From Octopus sinensis (lineage: Eukaryota), in the NCBI RefSeq assembly GCF_006345805.1, contig NC_043001.1:77190001-77254000 (forward strand): 64,000 bases of DNA, written 5' to 3'. This document shows, in pieces, positions 49,515 through 62,847 of this stretch. The notes beneath the pieces are model-generated. The model did no database searches. It was not told the origin of the DNA and worked only from the letters and a program-made list of their open reading frames with translations. A program made the position numbers and the translations under genes. Position 1 is the stretch's first letter. Every line of letters starts with the position of its first letter.

Positions 49515-51732
49515 TTATATATATATATATATTGATGTTGTTTTTATGTTATAATAAGAACAATTTTACATTAAATTGAAGGATTACTCAATACATTTAT
49601 TCTTTATTAAGAATAATACTGAGAGTGACTTTTGAAGTTTTTGGCCAGCGAAGCCGTCATTCCAATGATGACTGTAAACAAAAGAAAGAAAATAAATTGC
49701 AAAAGGCAAAAGAAAGATACTTTATAAGAATTCTGTATCCTAAACCAAACCGGAAATAGCACCTTTACTGAAAATAACATCCCCTAGACAAATTACTCCT
49801 ACAGCACGTGTGTTTGAGAAGCTGTAAACAGTGAAAGCACTTAACACACTACAAAAACTACTTTTCAAAAGAATTAGCATCGTTCTTTTTTTTTAATAAT
49901 TTTTTTATATAATTAATTTTCAGTTTAAGAAAATCTTTCTTCAAATATTGTGACTACATCAATACATATATGCAGTCTGTTACAAAAAACACGCAAATCT
50001 GAGTTTCATGCTCAATTAAAATATAAAAACATTAAGCAAGTATCACAACAAATGACATCAGCAATTTCGAATATTCAAACCAATATATGAAAGCTCCTGC
50101 ATTCTGGGCTGGAAATATTGTAAGGAACACAACTCCATATATATATAAACATGATTTGTTGCTCTTTGGTGCTTAAAGCATGAAATATAAATATCTCTAT
50201 ATCTATATGGAATATAAAGGGTTTAAAGATGAATGGCTAAGAGGGGTTTTTTAAAAAAATAAAGAAGAAAATGAGTGAAAGTGTATTTTCTGTAAAGGAA
50301 TTATTACATTATATGTATATATATATTCCACTCTGCTCCATGTATTGAGTACTATATTTTTATTCATGTAATTATTATAATACACAGCTTATAATTGAAA
50401 ATAAAGAAAGCAATAAAATAATTTACATAACATCAATACTGTCTTAATTTCATATGTATGTAATGTGTGTGCAAGCGTGTATGTATGTATGCGTGTGTTG
50501 TGTGTGTGTGTGTGTTTGCACTTAGTAATTCTGCTACTATGGTAATTGTGATTATTTTACTTAGAAGAAGATGATGATGATGATTCTCCCCCTCCTCCTC
50601 TCTACTATGGACACAAGACATGAAGTTCTGGGTGAGGGGGTTAATTCATTTAGATCGACCCCGCTGCTCAGCCGGTACTTAATTTACCGATCCCCCGAAA
50701 GGTTGAAAGGCAAAGTCGACCTCGGTGGAATTTGAACTCAGAATGGAACGATCCGATAGAAATGCTGCTAAGGATTTTGTCCAGCACCTTAACTAGTCTA
50801 CCAGCTCACTCTGATGTTGATGATGGTGGTGGTGGTGGTCAAAGTTGCGGGTTGGCAGAATTGTTAGTACGCTGGACAAAATACTTAGCGGCATTTCGTA
50901 CATCTGAGTTCGAATCCCGCCGAAGTCCACTTTGCCTTTCATTCTTTTTGGGATCGATAAAATAAGTACCAATTGATCTCAGTTTGATCAAAGATTACAT
51001 CCGTGGAAAGGGACTTCAATTTAAATGTTATTAAGAACAACAAATGGAACGCACTTGGGGTTTGCTTCAAGTGAAAATAATAAACGTTGCTGTGGTACAA
51101 TGTTTCGTTCTTTCTGTTTTTATAGACGTTATGGTGTAGTTTAATGAAGAATTGGCTGCTATTTCTAGCAGGTCCAGTGAGACCACTTAAAGGTTTTGTG
51201 TGTGGCAATAGAAATCAGCACACACGATATGTCGGCAACGAAGGTTTTCGATTAGTTAATATCACGTAACTTTAAATGCTTGTAACTTGATTATTAATTT
51301 GTAGAATAATGAATTCGATTTTCGTCATCTGCATGCAAAACTTCATCAGAACTACAGTTTTTGAAAATAATCTGGTGAAAAAAAAAAAAAAAAAAAACTT
51401 GAAGTGGTTGGAAGAAATTTAACAAAATCGCTAAGGATTACAAATTAAGGTTGTTGTCATTTGTTGTGTACAACATACGCACGTATGTAAGTAAAGTGAT
51501 GAGCGAGGAGAGAACAACTCACTAAGACAAGTGACTTAGATTTCCCTGGACGGCTTAGCAGCTTTCTGTATCGGGTTGACTTCGCCAGAATTAGTTTTTA
51601 CAACTGTTAACGGTTTTCCTCGCACTCCGTCGGTTACAACAACGTGTGTTCCAGTTGATCCGATCAACGGAACATCCTGCTCGTGATATTAACGTGCAAG
51701 TGGCTGAGCAATCCACAGATACGTGCACCCTT

Positions 51733-52140
51733 TAGGTGGCGAGCTGGCAGAAGCGTTAGCACGCCGGGCGAAATGCTTGGCGGTATTTCGTCTGCCGCTA
51801 CGTTCTGAGTTCAAATTCCGCCGAGGTCGACTTTACCTTTCAGCCTTTCGGAGTCGATAAACTAAGTGCCAGTTACGCACTGGGGGTCGATGTAATCGAC
51901 TTAATCCGTTTGTTTGTCCTTGTTTGTCCCTTCTGTGTTTAGCCCCTTGTGGGTAGTAAATAAAAAGGTATTTCGTCTGCCGCTACGTTCTGAGTTCAAA
52001 TTCCGCCGAGATCGACTTAGCCTTTCAACCTTTCGGGGTCGATTAAATAAATACTAGTTACGCACTGGGGTCGATGTAATCGACTTTATCCCTTTGTCTG
52101 TCCCCTCTATGTTTAGCTCCTTGTGGGCCGTAAAGAAATA
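51733..52140 (+). mobile_element. SINE A partial dimer inserted in another SINE tail, 16-bp TSD
   Basis: agatacgtgcaccctt occurs at 51717-51732 and 52141-52156. Confidence 0.88.
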
Positions 52141-52777
52141 AGATACGTGCACCCTTAACTTAGTCTTAAGGGAGATTCAGTGCGACACAGTGTGTGACAA
52201 GGCTGACCCTCGGATCAAGATCGAAAGGTCGTGAGTTCGATTCTTGGCGACGCATTGCGACCTTGCGCAAGACATTTTATTTCACGTTGCTCTAGTTCAC
52301 TCCGCTGGCAAAAAAAAAAAAAAAAAATTGAGTTGTACCTACAATTCAAAAGACAGACATATCACATTCTTTGTCATACCGAATCTCCCTGAGATAAATG
52401 TTAAGGGTTCTCATGTCTGTGAAGTGCTCAGCCACTTGCACGTTAACATCACGAACATACTATTCCCTTGATAGGCTCAAATGGAGCCCACGATGTAACC
52501 GGCAGAGTGCCAATTTGCAACGGTTTTTCCTAAAATATTCAGCCGAGCGCTCTGGCAAGAAAGCTCTTCTATTTCTTTCAAAGTTTGCCGTCACCATCAT
52601 ATTAAGTCAGCCATGGCTAATTGTTTGGGTGATATTTGCTTAGGCTTCACAACCTCTCAAGGGGATACCTTTACTTTTATGGAATGCCATTACTTCGAGT
52701 TTCCAGGCTGAGAAAATCTGAAAGTTACTATTCAAATTGCAGCCGGGTTTTTACTGCAAAATGAAAAGAGCTCTCTG

Positions 52778-53158
52778 GTAAGTAGCTTGCTTACGAACCA
52801 CATGGTTCCGGGTTCAGTCCCACTGCGTGGCACCTTGGGCAAGTGTCTTCTACTATAGCCTCGGGCCGACCAAAGCTTTCTGAGTGGATTTGGTAGATGG
52901 AAACTTAAAGAAGCCCGTCGTATATATGTATATATATTTGTGTGTGTGTATATGTTTGTATGTCTGTTTTTGTCCTCCCAACATCGCTTGACAACCGATG
53001 CTGGTGTGTTTATGTCCCCGTAACTTAGCGGTTCGGTAAAAGAGACCGATAGAATAAGTACTAGGCTTACAAAGAATAAGTCATGGGGTCGATTTGCTCG
53101 ACTAAAGGCGGCGTTCCAGCATGGTCACAGTCAAATGATTGACACAAGTAAAAGAGAG
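52778..53158 (+). mobile_element. SINE B (partial copies also at about 31845-31980, 37560-37710 minus, 38030-38200, 63432-63597)
   Basis: Match to family B. Confidence 0.85.
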
Positions 53159-53500
53159 TCCTTAGTAAAATAGCACAAAAGCAACACATTCTAATAAAGG
53201 GTAAATCATTAGCTATACGAAGATACAATTGCTATCTGTTTAACTTTCTTAATACCACACCAATAGGTGTGCAAAATATGGGATGTTTTCTGCCGCAACC
53301 TATAGGATCACGACATGAGCCCACAAAACACTCATCAGTTACACATTGCTACCGCTACTTTCAGCAGTGAAGTGAGCCACACCATTCCTTTTGTGTCTGT
53401 TTACAGGAAAAAGGATTGAATCATTCGATTATGTTCACCGATGCAGTGCTGTAACGCAGACAAGACACGAACTACCGACCTTAAAACTTGTCTCACTTAC

Positions 53501-53517
53501 CCAGTCGAGTCGGCCAT
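53501..53517 (-). other. Possible first coding exon of an unidentified minus-strand gene (MADST-G)
   Basis: gcgaATGGCCGACTCGACTGG|GTAAGTGA in a CpG-containing non-repeat stretch. No downstream exon was found. Confidence 0.25.
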
Positions 53518-54199
53518 TCGCAGTGTCTATAGTTTAGGCCAAGCATGAGAAAACCTTTCTCGAAAAGCGGTTCGAATGCGACATGGCTCATTATCAAGTG
53601 GGCTGGGCTGCACAACTATAAAGAAATTAAAGTAAATTTTCGTTTGGTGTGCTATTCAGAAAGTCTTGCGGGTTGCAGTTTGCCTATGTCTGGTTTAGGT
53701 ACATAGGAAAACCACCACTTGCAAAGAACCATGTATTTGTTAATTCCTTCGGGTGCCTATGTAACTACAAACATATATAAACACCCTTTTTACTCTCATA
53801 TCCTTAACCCAGAGGAGCATTCAGGATGTGACTTGAGTGAAAGAGATGGGAGAGGGCCGCAACCATCATTCAGCGGGTACTAGTTTTTGCTTTAGTAGAA
53901 TGCAGCAATTTGAAATGAAGTGCTTTTCTCAAAGACACAGCACATTGCTCGGTCCGGAAATCGAGCCCACGACTTCATGATAGAGTGACCAACAGCTTAA
54001 TCTCTGGGCCATGCACCGACACTGATAAAATATACTTGTTGACTTCAACAGGAACGATGGTTGAATGGTTAAAGGGAAGTAATAAGTAATTCAAACTTAC
54101 CTCCCTTGACTGTTATTGTAATATGTGAAAATATTTACATTCATATAAATACATAAAAACACGTATGTATGTATACTTACATACATAAAAACGATAAAC

Positions 54200-54497
54200 T
54201 TGGCCTTTTCAAGCCTAGCCAGGCTCATGGGCCCGGTTTCCGGGCTTCTGTGGCGTATGTGTTCCCCACCAGCTTGGACGGGACGCCAATCCATCGCAGC
54301 GTAGCTCAAGAAACAAAAGTGAGAGAAAGTTGTGGCGAAAGAGTACAACAGGGGTCGCCACCAACCCCTGCCGGAGCGTCGTGGAGCTTTCAGGTGTTTT
54401 CACTCGATAAACACACACAACGCTCGGTCTGGGAATCGGAACCGCGATCCTCCGACCGCGAGTCCGCTGCCCTAACCACTGGGCCATTGCGCCTCCA
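54200..54497 (-). mobile_element. SINE family D, tail type X (also 48047-48350 on plus)
   Basis: Same head as family D, but the 3' end resembles the family C tail (gatggattggcgtcccgtcc...gaaaccgggccc). Confidence 0.8.
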
Positions 54498-54657
54498 CAT
54501 ACTTACATACATAGATACGTAATATTTGCTTAAATTCAAGTATTCACATACGTACACACCTATAAACGTTCATTCAAACATTTGCATACGCATAAATTAA
54601 CGTACATAAATACACCCATGCACATATATACATATATACACAAGTATACACATACAT

Positions 54658-55070
54658 TAGGGTGGCGAGTTGGTAGAAATGTTAGCACGCCGGGCGAAAT
54701 GCGTAGCTGTATTTCGTCTGCCGTTACGTTCTGAGTTCAAATTCCGCCGAGGTCGACTTTGCCTTTCATCCTTTCGGGGTCGATAAATTAGGTGCCAGTT
54801 ACGCACTGGGGTCAATATAATCGACGTAATCCGTTTGTCTGTCCTTGTTTCTCCCCTCTATGTTTAGCCCCTTGTGGATAGTAAATAAAAAGGTATTTCG
54901 TCTGCCGTTACGTTCTGAGTTCAAATTCAGCCGAGGTCGACTTTGCCTTTCATCCTTTCAGGGTCGATAAATTAGGTACCAGTTACGCACTAGGGTCGAT
55001 ATAATCGACGTAATTCGTTTGTCTGTCCTTGTTTCTCCCCTCTATGTTTAGCCCCCTGTGGGCAATAAAG
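54658..55070 (+). mobile_element. SINE A partial dimer
   Basis: Same restart junction as 51733-52140 (aataaaaaggtatttcgtctg). Confidence 0.85.
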
Positions 55071-55501
55071 AACCCCAACTATTTCCTCCTCAGTCCTCAC
55101 TATAATTTTTTTTGCAACTTACTGCTAGTTGAAAAAAACCCACCAAAACTCAACTTTATTTTTAATATTTTATCACAATTATTTAATACAAAAGAATCTA
55201 TTGGTAACTCTTTTAAGTACCGAGTACAAAAAAAGTACATTATTGACTAAGGAAAAAAGAGAAGCACTTTAATGAGAACCTTGTGTCTGGCGACTACAGC
55301 ACCAGACTCCCACCACAATTTTCTCAGGCCCCTTTGGTGGGGCATATGCTCTACGTTGAGAATCTCCGACATATATATATATATATATATACGCACTAAC
55401 ACATATATACACTTGCAAGATTACATATGTACATGCATACATACCTACGTACGTACAAACATTCACACATACATTCATACATACATACATACATACATAC
55501 A

Positions 55502-55572
<71 letters not shown>

Positions 55573-55798
55573 GAAATATTAAAATTACTAAGTCTCTCTA
55601 AAGGAGATTACGACAGCGTTACTGGAAATTAATAGTTATCGCCATACTAATATGGCAGTCTTATAAATATAAGACTAAAGCTGTCGCTGATTAGCTCCAT
55701 GAGGCCATCGCCTTAAGCTAGCTATTTGACACACAAACTGCGTCCATTATAAACCTTCGAACAAGGAAGGTCAGCCGCTTCATACTGCCAGTCAGACA

Positions 55799-55842
55799 GC
55801 TACAGACGACGTTTCAGGGTTGTTGCCCCTTATCAATGCAGC
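55799..55842 (-). ncRNA. Hammerhead, U3:A8 covariant core
   Basis: Minus reads gctgca TTGATAA gggg caacaa ccct GAAA C gtc GTC tgtagc. Confidence 0.8.
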
Positions 55843-56344
55843 GTAGTCAGATTTGCAGGTGTCGCTACCGATCGTCTCAGTTCGAAGGCTTTATTTACCT
55901 AGTTTCAGTGGAATACATCCACTTGTTTTCAATAATAGAAATATTAAAATTACTAAGTCTCTCTAAAGGAGATTACGACAGCGTTACTGGAAATTAATAG
56001 TTATCGCCATACTAATATGGCAGTCTTATAAATATAAGACTAAAGCTGTCGCTCCCTTGTTCGATGGTTTATAATGGACGCAGTTTGTGTGTCAAATAGC
56101 TAGCTTAAGGCGATGGCCTCATGGAGCTAATCAGCGACAGCTTTAGTCTTATATTTATAAGACTGCCATATTAGTATGGCGATAACTATTAATTTCCAGT
56201 AACGCTGTCGTAATCTCCTTTAGAGAGACTTAATTAATTTTAATATTTCTATTATTGAAAACAAGTGGATGTATTCCACTGAAACTAGGTAAATAAAGCC
56301 TTCGAACTGGATAGATCGGTAGCGACACCTGCAAGTCTGACTAC

Positions 56345-56388
56345 GCTGCATTGATAAGGGGCAACAACCCTGAAACGTCGTCTGTAGC
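56345..56388 (+). ncRNA. Hammerhead, U3:A8 covariant core, identical to 55799-55842
   Basis: gctgca TTGATAA gggg caacaa ccct GAAA C gtc GTC tgtagc. Predicted cut after 56382. Confidence 0.8.
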
Positions 56389-56579
56389 TGTCTGACTGGC
56401 AGATGAAGCGGCTGACCTCCCTTGTTCGAAGGTTTATAATGGACGCAGTTTTTTATGTGTAAAATACTAGCTTAAGGCGATGGCCTCATGGAGCTAACCA
56501 GCGACAGCTTTAGTCTTATATTTATAAGACTGCCATATTAGTATGGCGATAACTATTATATCTATCTATCTATCTATCT

Positions 56580-56636
<57 letters not shown>

Positions 56637-56675
56637 ATATATGTGTGTGTGTGGTGTGTGTGTGTGTGTGTGTGT

Positions 56676-56976
56676 GGAGGCGCAATGGCCCAGTGGTTAG
56701 GGCAGCGGACTCGCGGTCGGAGGATCGCGGTTTCGATTCCCAGATCGGGCGTTGTGAGTATTTATTGAGCGAAAACACCTAAAGCTCCACGAGGCTCCGG
56801 CAAGGGGTGGTGGCGAACCCTGCTGTACTCTTTCGCCACAACTTTCTCTCACTCTTTCTTCCGTTGGCCTGCTCGCTTAGCCAGCGGGTGGCGTCATTTG
56901 AAGGCTAAAACAATGCGAAGCGCATTGTGACCAGCGATGTGTAGCAACATCTGATAGCCTGGTCGGTCACGGTGAT
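56676..56976 (+). mobile_element. SINE family D, tail type Y
   Basis: Match to 37118-37418. Confidence 0.85.
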
Positions 56977-57393
56977 ATATATATATATACTCAATTTTTT
57001 TTGATTAATCGATATGCGGGAATTCTATTTCAGATAATACAAAAATAACCTAATGAATACATCTTACAGTAAACTCATGGTATTAGTTTGCACATCATGA
57101 AATAACGCTTAAAGGATATAACGTAAATTACCAGCTATATAATATACTTCATTAATTATATATGTTTTTGTTAATACTGCATACCCGTATATATATATAT
57201 AATATATATATATTAATATATATATATATCAAAATGAGAAAATGGAGAAACATACCTAAATCAATCATCAACCATCAGATAATACCCAATCAATACTTTA
57301 TTAACCATTACAAACAGCAATGACATTATACATAATATATTACAAATATAACTAGACATAGAAATAGAAATAGAAAAATACAATTACATCTAG

Positions 57394-57502
57394 CTGACAG
57401 TTGTTTCGGCCGTGAAGACAGGTATGTCCCATTTAACCTATTAGCCATATAAAAGCAGTATAAATGAGACATTAACAAGAATGTCTCACGGCCTCTTCAG
57501 AG
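57394..57502 (-). ncRNA. Hammerhead motif with long stem II and weak stem I
   Basis: Minus reads CTGAAGA ggccgtga...tcacggcc GAAA C AACT GTC. Stem II base is a perfect 8 bp. Confidence 0.6.
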
Positions 57503-57807
57503 AATTTAATGTAAGTATGAAAAAAATTTACATATAAATATAAAAATAAAAAAATATAAAAATGTGTGCATAGACACTCATAATTCTACACACATATATA
57601 TATACACATTAATACAATATAAACAATATATATCAGTATACATTAACAAACACAATTATTTTCCATATTGAACTCATAACCAACATCAAGGAAATACATG
57701 TACACTCACATTTAAATTTAAAGCAGACATATATATTTAATATTTAACAGTCCAGTTCATTAAAATGTATAACCACACAAAAAGTCAATAAAATTAATAT
57801 TAATATT

Positions 57808-57845
<38 letters not shown>

Positions 57846-58285
57846 CCATGATTGTACCATGTAAAGCAAGCGGACATCCTCATATTTACTCAATAAGTCG
57901 AATTCATCTGTCCGCTTGATATTGATTTTCCTAGATAGATTTGATTGGCTTATAGTTTTAAATTTGAATCATAATGGAAATTTTACGGTAATGGAAATTT
58001 TACGGTTAGTTAGCCAAGAAACATACATACGCACACGCACATCCACAGATCGTGCGCACATACATACATAGTTGCAATAATCAGATTTGCATTTATTCCT
58101 ACATCTCTTCAGGTTCTATTTCAAAATATTATATATCTAATTTTACATCCCTTTAAAAATAAGAGATGCAACGTCATCTCCTGCATTTCCTGCCCTCTCT
58201 GTCCTTCTCTATACATCGCTATATATATATACACATGCTATATATGTATATATATGCTATATATGTATATATATATATATATATA

Positions 58286-58340
<55 letters not shown>

Positions 58341-58465
58341 TAATATATATATATATGTATATATATGTGTGGTGTGTGTGTGTGTGTGTGTATGTGTGTG
58401 TGTGTGTATGTGTGGTGTGTGTGTGTGTATGTGTGTGTGTATAATGAGAATTTACCAAAAATCAA

Positions 58466-59945
58466 AAGATGAAGACGGGTGTGTAAACAACAAACAGATA
58501 TATTAGTTTAACGCTCGGGAAGTGAGAAAATCTTTTACATTTCGAGCCTACGACAGAAATAAACAGGGAGAGAAAATATAAAAAAAGGGTTAGTGGCTAC
58601 CGATTTATCAGTGCAAATGCCGGACAGAGGGGTCACACAGGAGAGCTAGGAAGAAGGGCAGATAATAAAGTAGTGGTGATCCAAAAACGAAGGTGCGCGT
58701 CGGGGTCTATGTGAATGTGGAAGGGGGCTGGTGACCTTGACGTGTGCGTGTGTGTATATGTAGGTGTGTGGATGATGGTGTGGGTGCTGGGAAATGGGCA
58801 GTGCTAGTGTGTGCGCTGGTGTGGGTGCTGGGAAATGGTCAGTGTTAGTGTGTGCAGGGTTGTGATGTGGTGTGGTATGGTGGTGTGTGGTGTAGTGGTG
58901 TGTGGTGTGGTGTGATGGTGTGGGGGTGTGTGATGTGGTGTGGTGTGGGGGTGTGGGGGAGGCGAGAATGGGTGAAGCAAGGGTGGGATGTATGGGATGG
59001 GGTGGGGTAGGACGTCTAGGGATGTTGTGGTTGGAATGTGTAGGGTAGAGTAACTTGTGTCAATGAAAGGAGAGGGTGGAAGGAGGCGGGTAGGACTGAA
59101 GACAGGAAGTAGGTGTCAGAGCAAGAGAGGAGAAGTGGGTGGGAAGAAGTAGGTGTGAGAGAAAGAGAGGAGAGAGGGGGAGGGTTAGATGAAGAGGGGG
59201 AAAAGTTGATCCCATATAGCGCAAAGAAGCAAAGAGAGAAGATTAATCCTTGTTCACAGAGATGACGGGAGTCCGAATGGCCCCTGTCGAGGACAATCCG
59301 AACACAGACAGGTGTTGTAAAGAGTGACCGGCAGAGCGGAAATGGCACGATCGCGAATGTTGTTGCCGAGTCTGGTGTCTCGGAAGTGTTCCACGAACTG
59401 GTCAACCAAGCGGCGTCCCGTCTGACCGATGTATAGAGGACAGAGAGAGGAGATGCAGGAGATGACATTGCTAGAAGTGCAGGTGAAGGAGTCAGTGATA
59501 TGATAGGATCGATGATGGGTGCCTGTGAGGAGGGTGGTGTTGGAGAGGTAAGGGCAAGTACGGCAGCGTGGGCGGGAGCAGGGGAACGAGCCGGGTTGGG
59601 AAGCAGTAGACCAAGAGGTCTCGTAGGTTGTGGGCTCGTTTGAAGGAGGGGAGGGGTCGTTAGGGAATATGCGCGAAGTGGAGGGGTCGAACTGGAGTCG
59701 CCGGAAGGCTCGGAGAATGGTGCGTTGGAGAGGTAGGGTGGTGGGGTTGTAGGTGAGTGGAAACGAGATACGGGTGATGGCGGGGCGGGTGCAGGGAGGG
59801 AGAGCAGATGTACGGTCCACGGAACGTACTCTGACAAGGGCGGTGTGGATAGTGGTGATGGGATATCCACGTAGGATGAAGTGGTGAGTGACCATGAGTT
59901 GAGACTGAGTCTCAATGTCATGGTCTTTACGCCACGACAACAAAT
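58466..59945 (-). mobile_element. 5'-truncated Penelope-like element with GIY-YIG endonuclease
   Basis: RGYP, PLTYNP, CxxPRCRTC, FTCTSSNVI...YIGQTGRRL...EH. SFKRAHNLRDLLV appears in a shifted frame. Confidence 0.9.
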
Positions 59946-60433
59946 ATATTAAGGGTGAATCAGCGAAACATGGGTGCGGTCCTGCGTCGCAGTTTCGGTT
60001 GTATGTATTTGCTCTAGAATTGTCAGGTATTAACCTCTAGTTTGCCTTTTGTCTGGGATCAATCAATATTAGTTACTGTATTACACATACATAGTGAAAT
60101 AGACGTACTTTAATAAATTGTACATACAAATACACTTTTCTCCTCGAGTTATGATTGAATTCCGTTCCGACCGACTAGTCGTAAAATTCCCATCTTCATT
60201 TTAGGGAAGGACAATCTAGATAATATAATTATAAATTTCAAAAAGATGAAATAGCCACGGTTGTAATATCTTTAACGATAGAACTGATCTGTTACGGCTG
60301 ATTTCAAACGAAACATTATCAACTTTATCACCCGACAGCAACATTCAAGGGATATAACTCGAGTAAATTAGTTTGAGTTACTCCCCTTATAAATCCATAT
60401 TCCATCTTAACGTAGTTTACTCATAACGTGCAC

Positions 60434-60530
<97 letters not shown>

Positions 60531-61859
60531 AATCTATCTATCTATCTTTCAATCTGTCTGCCTATCTGTCTGTCTGTCTGGCTATGTCATAGTATATCTT
60601 TAAATCTGTGATTGTATGTATCAGTCTGTATCGCATAATTAACTTTTAAAGCCCCTCTATTAAATACGTTAGCATGTTTCCTTGCCTCTGGTGACTGAGT
60701 GATTTATGCTCCAATTTACCATAAAAACCATCGCACACTACTGTTAATTCATTTAATGATTCTTGTGACAAGCATCATGAAGTTTTGCCTTGCTGAATGC
60801 ATCTAATGCAGCCGTAAGATACTGTACTGGAAAATTTGAAACTAGAAATGTCTCGGATTTCTATAATATTCAGTTTTCTGGAGATAGGCTAAATATACAT
60901 ACTTAAAATATAAAATAAACTATGAAAAGTGTTAAATCGTATTTAACAGATTCAAATTACATTTCTGAAACAAGGTCTGTTCGATATTTATTAATTCACT
61001 TAAAATCTTTTTAATATATTATATTGTACAATGTATACAATTATAGGATGAAGATTTAAACGAAGGGAAGTAAAAAACATGATTTTCTTTAACAGGCACA
61101 AACACAAATTAATACAATTCTAAAGCAGAGAATGTTTAGTTTTTATCAATGCACTTACAAAAGGAAAGAACAAAACTATTTTTAATACATCGAATACAAA
61201 TTAACCATCTTCAAAAACAGGGTCTGTTTATTCAATACAGTATTCCCAGGTTTATGGAATCCGGATTAGCGGATTGGCAAAATGTGGCGTACTGAAAGGG
61301 ATTATCTATACATTGTTCTGGGTGGAGAAGCACTTTGAGGAAACCTGAATGTATGAAGTAAGTCTTGCAATGAGAAAAAACTTGACCGAAAGTGGTTGTA
61401 CTGGGCTGGGATGACTCAATGTATTTGTGACTCTATACCATTGCAAGACTCATCTCCCTTGTCAGTGCCTACAACGCCACTCTGTCCTGGGTATGACGCA
61501 TTTTGGCCCTGACTCTTTGCCGTCGCTGATTCGATGTTGACTTATTTGACATCAAATCTTTTGTTCCTGGGACCTTTTGACGTCGTGAAAACTTTGTTTT
61601 CCTCTAGTTGATTTGTAGTAATTTGTAATCACAACTACTAAATTTGTAATTTGTTATCACAACTTTGTAATCCTAACTACTAAACTGCTCTACTACTGAA
61701 CTTCATTTAGCACCCCGTTTCACTTTATGTATGTGGTGGCTAGTGAAAATGTATGTCGATTGGTTTCAATAAATAAATTGTAGTTTCTATCTTTCACCTC
61801 TTCTCTTTTTTCTGTCTATCAATCCGTATGTGTATTTTTTACGTGCGCGTTTTCCTCCT

Positions 61860-62230
61860 GTGCCCAAAGTCCTGTCGTTAAAACGGATTCAGTGTCTAGT
61901 TAGCAGTGCGAACTCACCAGCGTCCCAACAGCTGTCTTGTTCCAGCCTGTCCTCTATATTAGAGGCAAAAATTGAGTTCTATGACAATCTCACTACCATC
62001 ATCAGGGACAACTCAAAAGAAAGAACGATTTATTTCTCCTCCTGAGTGACTTCAGTTCCTTCATGCAATTCTCGTCTACCGTCTGCCAAATTCTCTCACA
62101 GTCATTGGCCGGCCCAGGGCTGTAGTTAAACCACTTGCTCAAAGTGCCAATACTCCCTCCCTCCTCCAATCTGGATGCTGTCTTAAGGCTTGGGCGCACT
62201 AGGCTGGTGCCCCGGGACCTAATGAGTCTA
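61860..62230. mobile_element. Possible LINE fragments (APE-like EAKIEFYDNL on +, 3'-like fragment on -)
   Basis: Short motif similarity only. Confidence 0.35.
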
Positions 62231-62847
62231 GAGGTCCATTTCTGATTTATGTATATTGAGGCTTGATTTGCCCAGCGGCCTATATAAGGCTACTAAGGCG
62301 GCCTTGCTTCCAGCCTTTCATTAATCATTTGCACAAAGTGGTACCGTCCGTTCTTTTGATCTTTTGAGTTTTTGTACTACTTCTTACGCTTTTCAACGTT
62401 GTTTCCTTTATTTACTTATCACTGATTTACGACTGAATTTTGTTTTTCACTGCTTTCGTGGATTTTCCTCACTCTCTGTTGCCATCCAATTTCATTACCA
62501 TGAATTTGAATTGGGTGCTTTAGTGATAGCAAATATTTCATTAGCTGATTACTCAACGTTATGGATGCGTTGCAGTTACTCGCTTGATAAGAGATTCATG
62601 ATACTAACCGTTGATCTTCTAGGATTCCACCGCTCAGCATTAATGTAAGAAGCACTGCTGGTTCAGTTGATCTTTTCCGCTACCTTTTCACAACACACCA
62701 TACTGCAGTCCCATCACTTCACCGTATTCCTGGCAGGGTGGCTGAATGGGTGCCACGCCTTACCAAAGGACAGCCCGAAACTATACAGCGCACAGTCGTT
62801 AATCCGTGAGGTATTTTCAAAGTACCCGCATACTCACAAATGTGAGT

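Larger units (their letters stand above)
55571..56555. mobile_element. Retrozyme-like array: 365-bp unit, about 1.3 copies on minus joined head-to-head to about 1.4 copies on plus
   Basis: tagaaatatt recurs at 55571 and 55936, and cccttgttcg at 56054 and 56419 (period 365). The arms are inverted and each carries one HHR. Confidence 0.85.

Noticed and set aside
49280-49860. Minus-strand exons continuing MADST-G
   Set aside because: Splice-like sites exist, but the frames close quickly and encode nothing recognisable.
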